From Lama guanicoe (Eukaryota): a stretch of DNA of 64,000 nucleotides. Positions within the stretch are counted from its first letter, which is position 1, and each line of letters starts with the position of its first letter. This document shows positions 13,040 to 26,721 of the stretch, piece after piece. The stretch spans positions 8,033,367-8,097,366 of the forward strand of contig MU054220.1 of assembly GCA_013239625.1 (NCBI GenBank). Reading direction: 5' to 3'. A model generated the notes under the pieces. It had not been told where the DNA came from. It did no database searches and saw only the letters and a program-made list of their open reading frames with translations. The translations under genes and the position numbers were made by a program.

Positions 13040-14600
13040 CTAATTTTCTTTGTGCCAAAAAGAAAAAAAAAGCAGTCCTCCATTAATGTTTCTTACAATG
13101 TATAGGTGAAAACACTGAATTCTCACAGCTTTTTTTGGTTTGAAAGAAATCTTTTGTTTTCCATTAATGTTTGACAGGCATTTCTGCTGGGTATAAAATG
13201 ATATTTTAATGACTTCTTTATTCTGTCAACGAATTCACTGTTATGATATCTATTCTTTTGTAAGTGATGTGTCTTTTATGCCTGAAAGGTTTTAAAAGTT
13301 TTCCTTATTACTGATTTTCAGAAATTTGATGACAATGCATAATGTTTCCTTCCGCCTCTTATGTGTGGGGTGTGGTAAACTTCTTGTTTATCTATGGGGT
13401 TTGTAATTTAAAGAAATTTGGAAAACTTTTCGTCATTATTTCCTCACATATTCTTCACCTTTTGCACCTTCTGGAAGACAAATTACTCATATGTCACAGT
13501 GAATAATACTGTTATACGGATCACTATTCTGTTATCTTTGGTTTCCTCTGATTTAGCGTTCATAAATTTTATTTTTTTCAATTTTTTTGATTTGTTTCTA
13601 TAGCTTCCAATTTTCTGCTAATTCTCTTCAGCGTATTTCTCATTTTGAGAGAGAATTTTTTACCACTGTAATTTTCAGTTTTACATCTCCAACTTTGCTC
13701 CTGATGAAGTTTGTATTTTCCTTTACTCCTTGAATATATCCTAAGATTTATAATAACTAATTTGAAATCATAGTCTTCTAGTTTCATCAAGTCTGTATTT
13801 CTGGATCTATTTCAGTTGATTGGTATTTCTCTTTATGGGTCACATTTCCATGTCTCTTTGCTTAAAATTTCTGATTGACTGTTGACCTTTGAAAATGTAA
13901 ACATTGTATATTGTAATATTTCTTTAACGACTGATGACCTTCGTCCTGACACACAGTTACGTTACTTGAAGATTAATTTGATTACTCTAAGACTCATTTG
14001 CATTTAAGCTTTGCTGTGGTGGATGCCTAGTAGCCTTTATTCTAATCCTACTATTGGCCCACTAGTAAGGTGAAACTCTACTAAATATTATATCCAATGA
14101 CCAATATGTTGTGAAATCTATCCATTCTGACTGGTAGAATCATGAACTGTTTCTGTCCTGTGGGAGCCCTGGGAACTACCCTGCCCATTGCTTTCTAGTG
14201 ATTCTTTACCTTGCTTTGGGCATATTCCTTTCTTGGATGCGCTGTTCGGTACTCAGTCAAAAACTTAAGGGATTCCAATGAGTATCTGTGAGTTCCTCTT
14301 TCTCTGTCTCTTTCTCTCTCTGTCTCTCAACTTCCCACCTCTCTCTGTGATTCAGCATCATGGATTCTAGCTACCTCTCTCTCCTCGAATACCAACTCTC
14401 CTTAAGTCAGTAAGACCACTGGAGTCTTTTTGGAATCTCACTCCCTGGTCTATGACCAAGAACTCATTCTATTCCGTAAGCTGGAAACACTGGAGGACTT
14501 AACTTTAAATATTTCTCTTACTCCAAGCATTAACGAAATTCAGTGCCTGTCATCTAACGTCTGTTCTGTGTACTTTATTTTGTTTTCTACATGATGACAG
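13040..14600 (-). mobile_element. Ancient L1M 5' region (decayed ORF1 and 5'UTR)
   Basis: 'atttctgctgggtataaaat', 'tttggaaaacttttcgtcattatttcc'. ORF 13578..13790 (MMKLEDYDFKLVIIN) resembles the N-terminus of L1M ORF1p. Confidence 0.65.
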
Positions 14601-14739
14601 TAAGAGGGAAATACCTGTGGAAGTCGATGCTTCACAGGTTACAGTAATGCATATAATCTTAAATTAGACAGCAAAAAATTTTATACACACCTGAGATTGA
14701 ACTACTCACATTTAACATTTACTAAGTTACATATTATCT

Positions 14740-15174
14740 ACAGATCAATTTAGTAACGGTATATACTTTATGCTGAAATGTAAGTTGCATACAGAATAAA
14801 ATACAAAACATGAGTACCGCTTGATGAATTTTGACAAAAATGTACACACTTGTGTATAATTGGAACCTGGATCAAGCAATACAACATTACCAGAATCCTG
14901 GGAATCCCTTCTGTTCCCTTCTGTTGAGGTATTCCCTGTGGAAGTTAACTGACTGCTAACATCATAGCTGATTTTTGCCTGTTTTGAGCTTTATATAAAT
15001 GGATTCATACCTTTCATATTCTTTTATATTGGGCTTCTTTCATCAAAAGTATGTTTATGAAATTCATCTATGTTATATATAACAACAGATGCATTCATTT
15101 AATGATTACTTAATATCCCATTTTAAGTAAAATAAAATGTTTATCATTCTCTTTTGTTAGACATAGGTTGCTTT
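14740..15174 (-). mobile_element. Old L1ME/MD-like 3' end, left part (interrupted by a younger L1)
   Basis: 'ttttgcctgttttgagctttatataaatggattcatac...gttagacataggttg'; the sequence resumes after 19560. Confidence 0.7.
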
Positions 15175-18100
15175 GGCTTTGCATGTTTGTTTTATTGAGG
15201 TATCACTGGTTTATAACATTATGTAAGTTTCATGTGTATAATGTTATATTTCTACTTCTGTATACCCTACCACCCGCTCAGCACTAAAAATTTATTTTCT
15301 ATCCATCACCATACAGTTAATCCCCTATACCCATTTTGTCCCTCCCACCTTCCTTTTTGGTAACTGCTACTCTGTTCTCTGTATCTACATGTTGGTTTTA
15401 GTTTGATTTGGTGTGTTCATTTATTTTGGTTTCTTTATTAGTTTTTTTATATTCCACATATGAGTAAAATCACATGGTATTGGTCGTTCTCCTTCTGACT
15501 TATTTCACTTAGCATAATACCCTCAAGGTCCATCCATGTTGTCGCAATGACAAGATAGTACCTTTCTTATGTCCTCTGTGTGTGTTTGTGTGTGTGTGTG
15601 TGTGTGTGTACCGCATCTTCTCTATCCATTCATTTGTTGATGGACACTTAGGTTGTTTCGATATCTTGGCTATTGTTGATAATGCTGTGATGAACCTGGA
15701 GGTGCAGATACCTTTCTGGATTGGTGTTTTTATATTTTTGACTAAATACTCAAAAGTGGGATAGCTGAATCACATGGTAGTTCTTTTTTTTGGGGGGAGG
15801 AATTTCCATACTGTCTTCCACAGTTGTTGCATCAAATGACATCCCACTAACTGTATGAGGGTTCCCTTTTCACCACATGTTCACCAACCCTTGTTATTTC
15901 TTGCCTGTTTGGTGACAGCCATTCTGACAGGTGTAGGCGACATCTCATTGTGGCTTTGATTTGCATTTACCTAATAATTAGCGATGATCATCTCAATTGT
16001 CTGTTGGCCATCCATATGACTTCCTTGGGAAAATGTTCAGTCCCTCTGTCCCCTTTTTAATGGTGGTGTTTGCTTTTCTGTTGTTGAGCTGTATGAGTCA
16101 TTATATATTTTGGATAGTAGTCCCTTAGCAGATATATCATTTGCAAATATATTCTTCCATTCCGCAGGCTATCTTTTCATTTTATTTATGGTTTCCTTTG
16201 CTGTGCAGAAGCTTTTTAGCTTGTTGTAATCCCATTTACTTGTTTTTGCTTTGTTTCCCTTGCTTGAAAAGACGTATCTAGAAAAATATTGTTAAAACTA
16301 ATGTTCTGAATCTAATCCTGAATTTTTGTTTTGGAGAGAATTTTTTTTTATTATTGTGTCAATTTCTGTACTAGTGATCAGTCTATTCAGACTTTCTATG
16401 TCTTCCTGATTCAGTCTTAGAAGGTTGCCTGATTCTAAGAATTTATCCATTCTGCATATGTTGTCCAACTGGTTTGTGTACAGCCCTTCATACTATTCTT
16501 TTATATTCCTTTATATTTCTGTGGACTTTGTTATTTCTCCTGTATTGTTTTTATTTTATCTGAGCCCCGTCTCTTTTTTTTTCTTAGTGGATCTCGCTAT
16601 TTGTCAATTTTGTTTATCTTTTCAAAGAACTAGTTCTTGGCTTCATTGATCTTTTCTACTGTCTTTTTAGTCTCCATTTTGTTTCTTTCTGCTCTGACCT
16701 TTATCATTTCCTTCCTTCTACTAACTTTGGGCTTCAGTTGGCCTTTTTTTCCTAGTTCACTTAGTTACAAGGCTAGATTGCATATTTGAGATTATTTTTG
16801 TTTCTTGAGGTAAGCCCGTATTGCTATAAACTTCTCTTAGAACCACTTTTGCTGTGGCCCCCAGATTTTGGTATGTTGTATTTTCATTTTCATTTGTCTT
16901 CAGGTAACTTCTCCTTTGTCTTCTGGTGATTTCTCCTTTGGTTTCTTTGCTGTTCAGACTTCACATATTTGTGATTTTCCCAATTTTCTTAGTGTAGTTG
17001 ATTCCTAATTTCATTCCATTGTGATTGAAGAAGATGCCTGATAGGATTTCAATCTTCCTGAATTTATTAAGATTTGTTTTGTGTCCAGCAGATGGTCTAC
17101 CCTTGAGGAAGCACCATGTGCACTTGAGAAGAATGTGTATTCTGCCTCATTTGGATTGAATGTTCATTACAAATTTATCTCGTCTATCTGGTCCAATGTT
17201 TCATTTAAGGCCACCGTTCCCTTGTTTATTTTCTGTCTGGATGATTCATTGATATAAGGGGGACGTTAAAGTCTCCTACAATTATTCTGTTGCTGTCAAT
17301 TTCTCTTATGTCTATTAAATCATTGTTTTATATATTCTAGTGTGTCTATGTGTATATTAATAAATCACTGCTATGTCTTGATGAGTTGTTCCCTTTATTT
17401 TCTATACTGTCTATTTTTGTCTCTTCAGCATGAAGTCTATTTTGTCTAACATGAATATGGCTGCACCTGCCTTCTTTCGGCTGCTATCTTTTTGGAGTGT
17501 CATCTTCCACCCCTTCCCTTTTAGCCTACTTTTGCCTTTACAGCTGAAGTGTGTCTCCTAGAAGCAGAATATAGTTGGGTTTGTTTTTCAATCTATCCAG
17601 CCACTCTGTGTCTGTTGATTGGTGAATTCAATCCACTTACATTTAGGGTGATTATTGTTAGGTGAGGACTTTGTACTGCCATTTTATCTTTCACTTTCTT
17701 GTTGCTCTATATCTCCAGTATTTCTTTGTCCTTGTGTTTCTGTCTGCCATTGTGGTTTGGCGGTTTTCTATGACATTTTTCTCAGTTTCCTCTTTTTCTT
17801 TATGTTTTGTGCCTCTGCTCTGTATTTATGTTTTGCTGAGAGCCTGAGGTTTTAATAAAACATCTCATAGATAAAGTAGTTCTTTTTCTGCTAATAGCAT
17901 CTTATCATCATTTATCTATGTGAGTTCCACCCTTTTTATCTTCCTCTTCCATGTTTTTATTATTTTAATTATCCCTTTTAATGTTATGAGTTCATTATCA
18001 AACTGAGATATAGTTATTTTTCTGCTTTCTATTTTTCTCTCTTTAAGCTTTATACTAAAACAAAGTGTTTAAAAATCTGATACAGAGCTGCAATTTCCTG

Positions 18101-19553
18101 GTTCTGTTTTTATTTATCACCTTCCAGTATTTTGAGAATGTCATTCCACTCCCTCCTGGCCAGCAGGGTTTCTGCTGAGAAATCTGCTGATAGCCTAATG
18201 GGGGTTCCTTTGTAGGTTACCATCCTTTTTTCCCTGGCTGCCTTTAAAATTCTTTCTTTGTCATTGACTCTTGACAACTTTAATATTATATATGTTGAAG
18301 AACGCCTTTTTGCATTGGGGTAATCAGGTGTTATCTTAGCCTCACAATTATGTATATCTAGTTCCTTCCCCCACATTTTGCTGGTTCTTAGTTATTAGTT
18401 CTTTAAATAATCTCTCTGCTCCCTTCTCCCTCTCTTCTCCTTTTGGGATACCCATTATCCCAATGTTAGAAAAAAAAAGTCCGATAATTCTCACAGGATT
18501 TCTTCATTTTTCTTTTTATAAAGCCCAGTAATTCTCTTTCCTGCATGGTCTTCTGTATTTTCAGTTGTTTCTAACATACTCTTCATCTTGATTATTGTAT
18601 TCTTTGGCTCCAGAATTTTTCTGATTCTTTTTTAGAGTTCCAGTCTTTTTGGTAAAGTATATCTTTTTGTTCATGAATTTTATTCCTGAGCTAATTTCTG
18701 AGTTTTCTTGAATCTCATTGAGTTTCTTGAATTCTTTATCAGTTAGATCACATTCCATGACTTTAGGTTTGGTTTCTGTACAACTGTCATTTTTTGTGTG
18801 TGTGGTATAGTATTACTGTGGTTTTTCAAGTTTCTTGGTGAACTGTTTCTCTGCTGACACATTTGAAATTTAATGACAGGTTAGGAGTTAGAATCCTTTC
18901 TTTTGTTTTCCAGTACTTGGCACCATCACACAAGTTTTTGGTTTCTTTTACCTGAGCTGCCGCTGGTTATACTTGACAGTAACATTTTCCAGCCTCCACT
19001 GCTTCTGTAAGAGATGCTGTTCAGTGCCTTCATTGTGGCTTCTTAGGCTACCGGGGTCCTTGCTGCCTTGCTTCTGCCAGAGCCACTGTCATCACCAGGA
19101 TGGTGGGCTATTTCCTTGCATCCAGGATCCCCTAAGACACAGGCTCTGCCACGGTGGGGTGGGGAACGGTGGTAGAGGGAGTCATGCCATTGCTGTAAGG
19201 CTTGTGGGTTGTACCACTGCAGATGGAGGGGAGGAGGTAGGTTGTGGGCACCTCAGTGGCCAGAGAGATAGGTCCCAGGCATCAATGCAGTGCAGCCTTC
19301 CCTGATGCTACTGGCTTCTTTGAAGCTGCCACAGAGGTCCAGGATCACAGGCCTCATCTTGGCTATTTCAATTCTGCCTTCTCTGAGTTCCAGTCCACCC
19401 ATCTTTAGATGTACAGATATGTGGAATTCTCTAGTGTCCTGATGTGTTGGGCAGAGGCACCTTTGTTGAGCTGTGGATGTTTTATACTGGTTGTAGATTG
19501 AAGGGGAGGGATAGAGGTAGCTTTTCACTCTGCTATATTTCTGACATCACTCC
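15175..19553 (-). mobile_element. LINE-1 with both termini and an internal deletion of the RT region; non-functional
   Basis: Poly(A) signal (tttatt 15191-15196) and 3'UTR, ORF2 C-terminus to ~16305, ORF2 linker/endonuclease region ~16310-17650, ORF1 remnants, GC-richer 5'UTR. The 5' terminus reads GGAGTGATGTCAGAAATATAGCAGAG in reverse complement. Candidate TSD TGCTTT at 15169-15174 and 19554-19559. Confidence 0.9.
18110..18758 (-). pseudogene. Decayed L1 ORF1p coding remnant
   Basis: Translation 'IILKLSRVNDKERILKAAREKRMVTYKGTPIRLSADFSAETLLARREWNDILKIL' is the ORF1p RRM/CTD region; 'CDLTDKEFKK..LNEIQENSE' is the coiled-coil start. The two pieces are separated by frameshifts and stops. Confidence 0.9.
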
Positions 19554-19559
19554 TGCTTT

Positions 19560-19680
19560 TTTTTTTTTCAACTTGATGCTGTTATGACTATTCTTGTAAT
19601 ATGCTTACTATGACCATATGAGCATATCTTTGTTGGTTTTGTATCTAGAAGTTGAACTAGCTGTTTATTTTAAATAGTTT
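19560..19680 (-). mobile_element. Old L1ME/MD-like 3' end, right part
   Basis: 'gatgctgttatgactattcttgta...gtatctagaagttgaactagctg' continues the element broken at 15174. Confidence 0.6.
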
Positions 19681-20459
19681 TTAAATAAATAAAACATTGC
19701 AAATAAAATTATAGCCCCTTTTTTTCTCTTGATTCCCTTCATGTAGGTGCCTATTATCATGAATGCCAAAAACTTCCTGGGAATGATTGAGCATATTTTA
19801 CCATATGTGTAGTAGTTATAATGTCCTATAATATTTCCAAAGATTATAAGTATTTAGATACTATCTAGATACCTAGATAATACCTATGATAAATCTCTAG
19901 ATAATGCCCCATATTTTTTAACACGATTATTCTCTAGATAATATCTACATCTAGATAAATAGATTAACATCTATGACTTTGCTTTCAGTATCATATTTAT
20001 TCATACTCTTAAATATAGGCTTTGAAATTATTCTGCTGACTCCACAATAACAGTTTGCAAGCATTGCTTTCCTTGCTCTTTACCGGAATAGATTAAGTAG
20101 ATTCAGAATTATCCATTTATTGAAAAATTTGTAAGCATTCACTAACGAAATCTTTCAGGTGTATTTCTTTTATTTTGGCAGAGGTTAGATTTGACAGTTG
20201 AAATAGTGAGTGAATGTAACGGGGAATTTTTCAAATATCCTTCTGAACTATCTTTATGGTAATTGTATAGATTTTCTAAATTATATTGAGTCTGCATTTT
20301 ACATAGTCAATATATCAATATTTAAAGTATTAAAATCCATTAATATAAATTGAGCAAAGTATTATTCTATAATTCCTGCTTTTTATATTTATCTGAGTTT
20401 ATGTCACCAGTCTCTTTACTAATGTTATGAAATTTAACTTTTTCCTCTTTTTTCTTTTT

Positions 20460-22900
20460 AAAATTAAATACATATAAGCTTATTCAGTGCAATGCTGCTC
20501 AAAACAGAGCAGATTGTAAAGAACCCATACATCCACAAAAAACAATGATAAATAAATTACAGTACTTTCACACATTGTTATATGCAGCCACCCCTATACC
20601 AGCACCAAAAAAAAGAATGATGTTGATAGGTGAAAAAAAAAATATTGGTGACAATATAGGCAGTAAGCTACCATAAGGAGTTAATGTTATATACATGAAA
20701 ATATAACATGTAAATAAATATATAAGCACATATACACATATATGCCTCCATATGCCTTTCACGTATGTATGCACACATATATATGTACACATAAGCCTCT
20801 AAAAAAATTTAAAGGGCAATGATCGCATTAGTTGCCTTCAAAGGAGGAAGGGGAGGTGCCAAGGGAAAATAATGTGAAGCAAACTTTTCACTATCTATCC
20901 TTTGCAGCTTTTGAATTTTGAAACATGTCAATCAAAAAGAAAAAAGAAAGAAAAATGATCTTCTCTTTGCCAATATGTAGTAGCAATTTAAACCTCTCCC
21001 AGTAATTCATGAGGCTACCCGTTTCACTACATATTTATTAGCACTCAGTGTTCTTAATCTTTATAACTGTTGTCATTTCAAAGAGTGAAAAGGATTTTAT
21101 CATTGCTATGATTTTCACTATCTTATTTAACAGTGGTGTTGAATATCTTTTCATATGTTTATTAATCATTTGCATTTTCTCCTTTATAACTTGCCTTTTT
21201 ATATGTTGGAATTGTTTTTGGCAATTTGCAGAGAGTTCTTTGCATATTAAAGTTATTAGCCTTGTGACTTCCCACATTTCATGCAATGAGCATTCATAAT
21301 TTTTATAATAAAATAAATGTAGTTTAAAATTTCTATTGCCTAATCATTAAAAAAAGTTTCACAGTTAGGTGGTGTCTAATGGCAATAAAATATGAAATAA
21401 AGTACTACATTTGCATAGTGCTTTATAGTTTACAAAGCTCTAGCCAGACATTTCACTTATAAAAATATTAATTTTAAAATAACTCATTTGTATGATTCAA
21501 AATGTAAAGGATACAGCAGTATTTATGTGAAAAATGTTCTTCTTGATTCCAAGTAACTCAGGCTCCATTGCTAGAGGTAGTCAGTATTATTAGAAATTTC
21601 TTATATTCTTCCAGAGTATTTATGCATATAAAATCAAATGTGTATTATTTCCCCCTTTATAACAAATGGAATTATTAGAGACTCTTTGCCTCTCCTTGCA
21701 TTTTCATTTAATCATACATTTCAGAGAATATTTCATATTATAATACATGTGGACCTTTCTCATTATTTTCCCTGACAGTATAATATTTTGTTTTATGGAT
21801 GTACTATAATTAATTTAGCCAGTGTCCTATTAATGAATATTTAGGTCAGCTGGAATTTTGCTATTACAAACAGTGATGAAAAAATTTTTATGTTTATCAT
21901 TTCACATGTTAAATCTGTAAGATTTAGGAAGAAAAATCACTAGTTGAAAAGTTATCTGTGTTTTGGACTTTGTTAGCTAAATTACCAAACTTACCCTCTT
22001 CTAACAATGTCTGTTTTGCACATTTTCATCTGTTCAGTGTGGTATCAATCTTTTGATTTCTGCAAATCTGATAGATGAAAGATGATATATTTCCATTTTT
22101 CTTATTATAATGGTTAATCATAGAAATAGACTTAAATATAGATATAGATTAGGACATTTCTATTTCCTTTTCTTTGAAATGTCTATTTATATCTTCTTGG
22201 CTGCAGGGTTTTTATTGTTGTTGTTGTTAGAAAGTTCATAAAACATAAAACTTCAACCTGGTTCTACTTGTAATGTATTCTTTTGTAAATGATGATTTTT
22301 GCAACGAATTTTATTTGCTGCCGTATTTAAGGGTATTTACTTCCTCTAAAATCACTTATGGAATAATCCAACTTTTCCTATTAATTAGCAGACTAGAAAT
22401 TTTCTATGTTCCAGGATCTTTCTCTGAGCTTTGAATTCTGCTTCATTGATCTATATGTTGGTTCACATTAATTACTTAATTTTAAATCATTGCAGCTTTA
22501 TATTATGCGCTTATATCTTGATAGCATAGTTCTCTCCCAGTTGCTTTACATTTTCAGGATTTTCATGAAAATTATTATTGGTTTACTTTTTCTAAATGAA
22601 CTGCTGTCCAAATACTTACCACTTCCCATTCATAAAAATTCTTGTTATTCATGAACAGGAGAATGGATAAATATATTACTGTGAAATTGCACAATGCAGC
22701 ACTGGACAACAGTAAACAAAGAACAACACTGCAAATATGGAAAAGTTAATTGTTACTAGTATTGGTCAGAATAATTGTGTCCTCATGGGGATGGAGTGAT
22801 ACTGATTCAGAAAAGTTACAAAGGAATTCTCTAGGCTGATGGGAAAATTCTCTGTCTTAACAGAGTGGTAGTTACTTGCTCAAACACCTTTTTCACTTAT
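20460..22900. mobile_element. Cluster of ancient L1ME fragments in both orientations
   Basis: ORF 21038..21286 (MQMINKHMKRYSTPL) matches the L1 ORF2 C-terminus; also 'ttttatggatgtactataat..atttagccagtgtcctatt' and 'atgaacaggagaatggataaat'. Confidence 0.65.
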
Positions 22901-22909
22901 ATACAAACA

Positions 22910-23200
22910 AAATTACAAACTGATGGTCCATATGCAAGATTTTGCCTAGTGAAGTGTTTTGCATTGCTTGCACTGTTTTTTTTTTTAATTAACTACTTGA
23001 ATTTAAATTCTAAGGATTTCCTACAACCATCTGTATTTTAGCTCTATTATGATATCACAAGTTTGTAAACACGGGTCCAAATTCCCACACAGCTGTTGAA
23101 CTACATACACACTGTTTCATTTGGATAGGACGCATAATCTCCAGTTTTGCCTGTTCCTCTGCAATCATTAGTGTTTTGCCACCCCCTCACCCCTATCCCA
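22910..23200 (+). mobile_element. MER102-like hAT-Charlie element
   Basis: 'caaactgatggtcc...gtgttttgcattgcttgcac...acacgggtccaaattcccac...ctccagttt' follows the MER102 layout; diverged. Confidence 0.55.
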
Positions 23201-23387
23201 CCAACTACTTGCATTGTTCCCTTTCATGAACTTGAGCTTTATTATCATTTATTTCACTGAACTGGGTGTGTTTCTTTATTCTTCAATTATCATTTGCATT
23301 TGTATTACTGATAGTTGGTTATAAAGTAAATTCAACATGGAATGACCATTAAATTGTTTTTTTGTTTTTGTTTTTAATTTCAAATTA

Positions 23388-23620
23388 CAGTTGACCTTTC
23401 ATCAATTTGAGGGTTGAGGGGACCAAAATTCTGCAGTCAAAAGTCCACATATAACTTAAGAGTTGACCCTTCCTATCCATGTTTACTCTATATCTGAGGT
23501 TCCAAGTTCTCAGATTCAACAAACTGCAGATCATGTAGTAATACAGTATTTACTATTGAAAAAAAGCCACACATAAGCGGACCTCTGCAGTACAAACCTG
23601 TATTGGTCAAGGGTCAGCTA
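23388..23620 (+). mobile_element. MER8-like Tigger (Tc1/mariner) MITE
   Basis: TIRs CAGTTGACC / GGTCAGCTA, flanking TA dinucleotides (23386-87, 23621-22), internal 'gattcaacaaactgcagatc..gtatttactattgaaaaaa'. Confidence 0.9.
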
Positions 23621-26039
23621 TATACCCTCATCTTTGAATGCCTCTTCAATTATTCCAACCCTCAAAAATTGCATTTCTTGGATGCCATTATAATTATCTT
23701 TAATCTGATCAATTGGTGTGTAAAATATCTACTGCTTGTAATTTTTAAATTTAAAAAATCTGCTATCTCCTGATTGCATTATAGCTCTATTAACAAATGA
23801 ATTGTGTTATAGATCATCTGCTTCGTTAGAGTTTACATAAAATGACATCTAATGAGCAATCTCTTCGTTGTTTGAACATTATACATGTTCAGCCCAACCA
23901 CATGAAAACCCAGATATTTATTAGCAAGTTGGCAATGGAAAATCCATTACTGAATGCTAGTGTAGAATGCTCCATTTCAGGTAAAAAAATGTTTTATATA
24001 TATGTATGTATATATAATTATAGCTATAATGGTTTATAAAATCTATGACTTAGATCTAAATATAGTGAGATTAAGATATTAATGATTCTGAAACTAGGAT
24101 ATGTATTTAGAAATATAGTTGTGTGGCTCCAAAAAGATGCTCAAAAGTTTTGTAGAGATGGATGATGTGCATCTGCCTTTTTAAGCTTTAAAGGGAAAAA
24201 CCATTAGCTTTTGTAGATTAAAAATAAATAAATAAAAGCAAACGGATGCCCCCACTGCTTCCCATTACATAATTACAGAGCAAGAAACTGCATAACATTC
24301 TTCCCACACAGGCTTAGTGTTCATTTGGAATGCTACTTTTATTTCATTGTGTATTTCTGCAAGACCTATCATCACCAGGTAAGGTCCTTTCAATATTCTA
24401 AATTTCCTTTCATTGATATGATGCTGGAAGCGGTCCTCTACATTGTCCAATTCTGATGGCATCCAAAAACGTTAAGCCCTTGCCCTCATTTCTGTTAAAC
24501 AGAGTGATGGCAGAACTAAAGCTTCTTTGTGGCAACTGTCCCGAGCCACAGTCTTTTCTGTCTGAGGCGCTCATGACAGACACAATTCACAGACAGCTTG
24601 TGCCCCATGGCGCTAAGAAATTAAAAGATAACGTGAATGATATCGCACCAGAAAAACCATTACAGTGATAAACGGGAAAAGACAATTTAGCCTAAGTCTT
24701 TGAGACATCTCAAATAATACTCAACACGCTGAAAGGTGTAACTTGCTGGTGAGTCATTCCTAGATAAAAATCAACATGGACAGAAGACGGACAACGTAGT
24801 GAGGAGTTTGAGTGTGACAGACCCCTAGCATCCAGTTAGAAGGGGGCGCTAACTTCCTCAAAGCTTTATTAATGCCCAGATGAAATCAAAGCCACCTTCC
24901 ATTTGTCTCTGGATGTTAAAAATAAGTGACTAAACTTGACCATGTATTCCTTGACCATGTATTCACTCTTCCACTTTTCAAATGCAGCATTTTAATTTTT
25001 TTTAAATATTTTGAAGTAGCTGAGGGAATATGCTATCAATGTTAGCGGAAAATAATTACCATTTTGTATGAAAAAGCAATTCAGATTTCTATATAGCTTT
25101 GTGATCTCAGACGCCTGTGTTTATTAGTTTCATTTGACATGTGATAATTCACCTTGTTAGGGCAAATAATTAAATTTGAAGTATTTTTTGTTCTATGAAT
25201 TTATACACAAGATAATACACATAATCATAATAAAGTACACAATCGTCACCTACATTTTCATAAATTTTCTAAATTGTAGGTTTAAAAATATATAAAAGAA
25301 ATTAAACGTGGCCAATTAAAGCCACTGCTATGAATAAGGAATGAAGAATAATTTTAATTAACTTGCATAGTGTACCATTTCTGTATTCACAGGCTTGCAG
25401 ATAGTCCATTCTAAAGTGGTTAAACAGTCCCTCTGAACACTGTATAAAAAACCCATTTACTGAGCAAACTGTTCTGATAAATAGCCACTAGCTGAACAGG
25501 CAGAGCTGTGACTAGTTTCCCCGTAACGGGGACTGTTAAGTCAGGTCCAAGCTGAAAGAGACTGTCAATGACCCCACACTGAGTCAGTGTCAAGAGAAGG
25601 GTCTGGGTGGAGATGGGAAAAGAGGACAGAATTAGTAATACCCATAGAGCACCCAGAGGACCAGCCTGAAGGAAATACACTACAGATGCTCCAACTCTCC
25701 AACCACGAGGCACAAGTTTCTTATTATCTTTCTAGAAAAGTGTCTTCTCCCTTTAGATTGATGTTTAGTATTGACTGAAAATTAATGTCACAGACATACA
25801 AATATTCAGCTGAGTCAGAGTACACCATGTATTTCCCCAAGGTCCTGCATCCACTGCTAGGAGCTTTTAAAGTAGGTGTGCCAGTAGGGATAAAAAAATA
25901 TCAAGTTATCAAAAAAAATTATAAAAACATTGCATTTAACTATATCTGGTTTCTCCATGGATACTCCTTTCTGTGGTTTTTGAAAGCAGTTTTTACAAAA
26001 TACATACAATTTTTATATTTCCACTACATAAACGTAGAC

Positions 26040-26152
26040 GGTAAACATATTAAACTTCAGGAGGATGGTGATTATATATTATCTTTCTATTTCCCCACAG
26101 TACTCTCTCCAGCCAACTGCACTTCACAAATATTTGTTGAACTAATTGAACA
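26040..26152 (+). mobile_element. L2 3' end fragment
   Basis: 'taaacttcaggagg...aaatatttgttgaactaattgaa'. Confidence 0.5.
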
Positions 26153-26721
26153 CTGATGTAATTATTTTGTTTTTGATAAACTATCACTTTAATGAGCTAT
26201 TAATAGTCTTGAAAACATAAATTCTTCTATTTTCCATAGTGTCTCTCACCATAGTTTCAATATGCTTTGGAATATGTGCTCTGTTAGTTCACTGATACAA
26301 AACAAGGGAAAGAAATGTAGCTAATTTGCAGATGTTCATTAGAATTTCTGAAAGTCTTCTTGGATTATGTGGTCTTGCCACACGACGTGTAATGTTCTGC
26401 CTGGCCTCCTAACTTCACAGAATTTTAACCTGAGAAGGTGATTGTTTTTATACACAATAGTGGGGCCAGCTCTGGCAACTGAACTATGGTACCAAAACCT
26501 ATCGTAGACACAGTAAGGGAAGTATAAATACGACAGATGGTTTGGCTGAGATATTAAGAACTCACTTAGAGACCGTGAAAGAGGAAGTAGGTATTGCTTA
26601 TACGGATGCATATATCCTGGTGTCTGGTCTCTCAACCTGGGTCCCCGACACTTGCCAGAAGATTTACTTGACTTTTTCATACATGTGTGTCCGTTAAACA
26701 TTACCTGGCTTACCCTACGCC

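Noticed and set aside
18973..19528. ORFs in GC-richer DNA (possible ORF0-like or host exon)
   Set aside because: They lie in the decayed L1 5'UTR, and neither translation shows recognisable homology.
24340..24385. Possible 15-nt micro-exon ending at a strong donor CAG/GTAAG
   Set aside because: The acceptor would be a weak AAG, and no partner exons can be identified.
25514..25535. Hairpin CCCCG-TAA-CGGGG / RFX X-box-like sequence
   Set aside because: The stem is too short and the X-box spacing imperfect; expected by chance in 64 kb.
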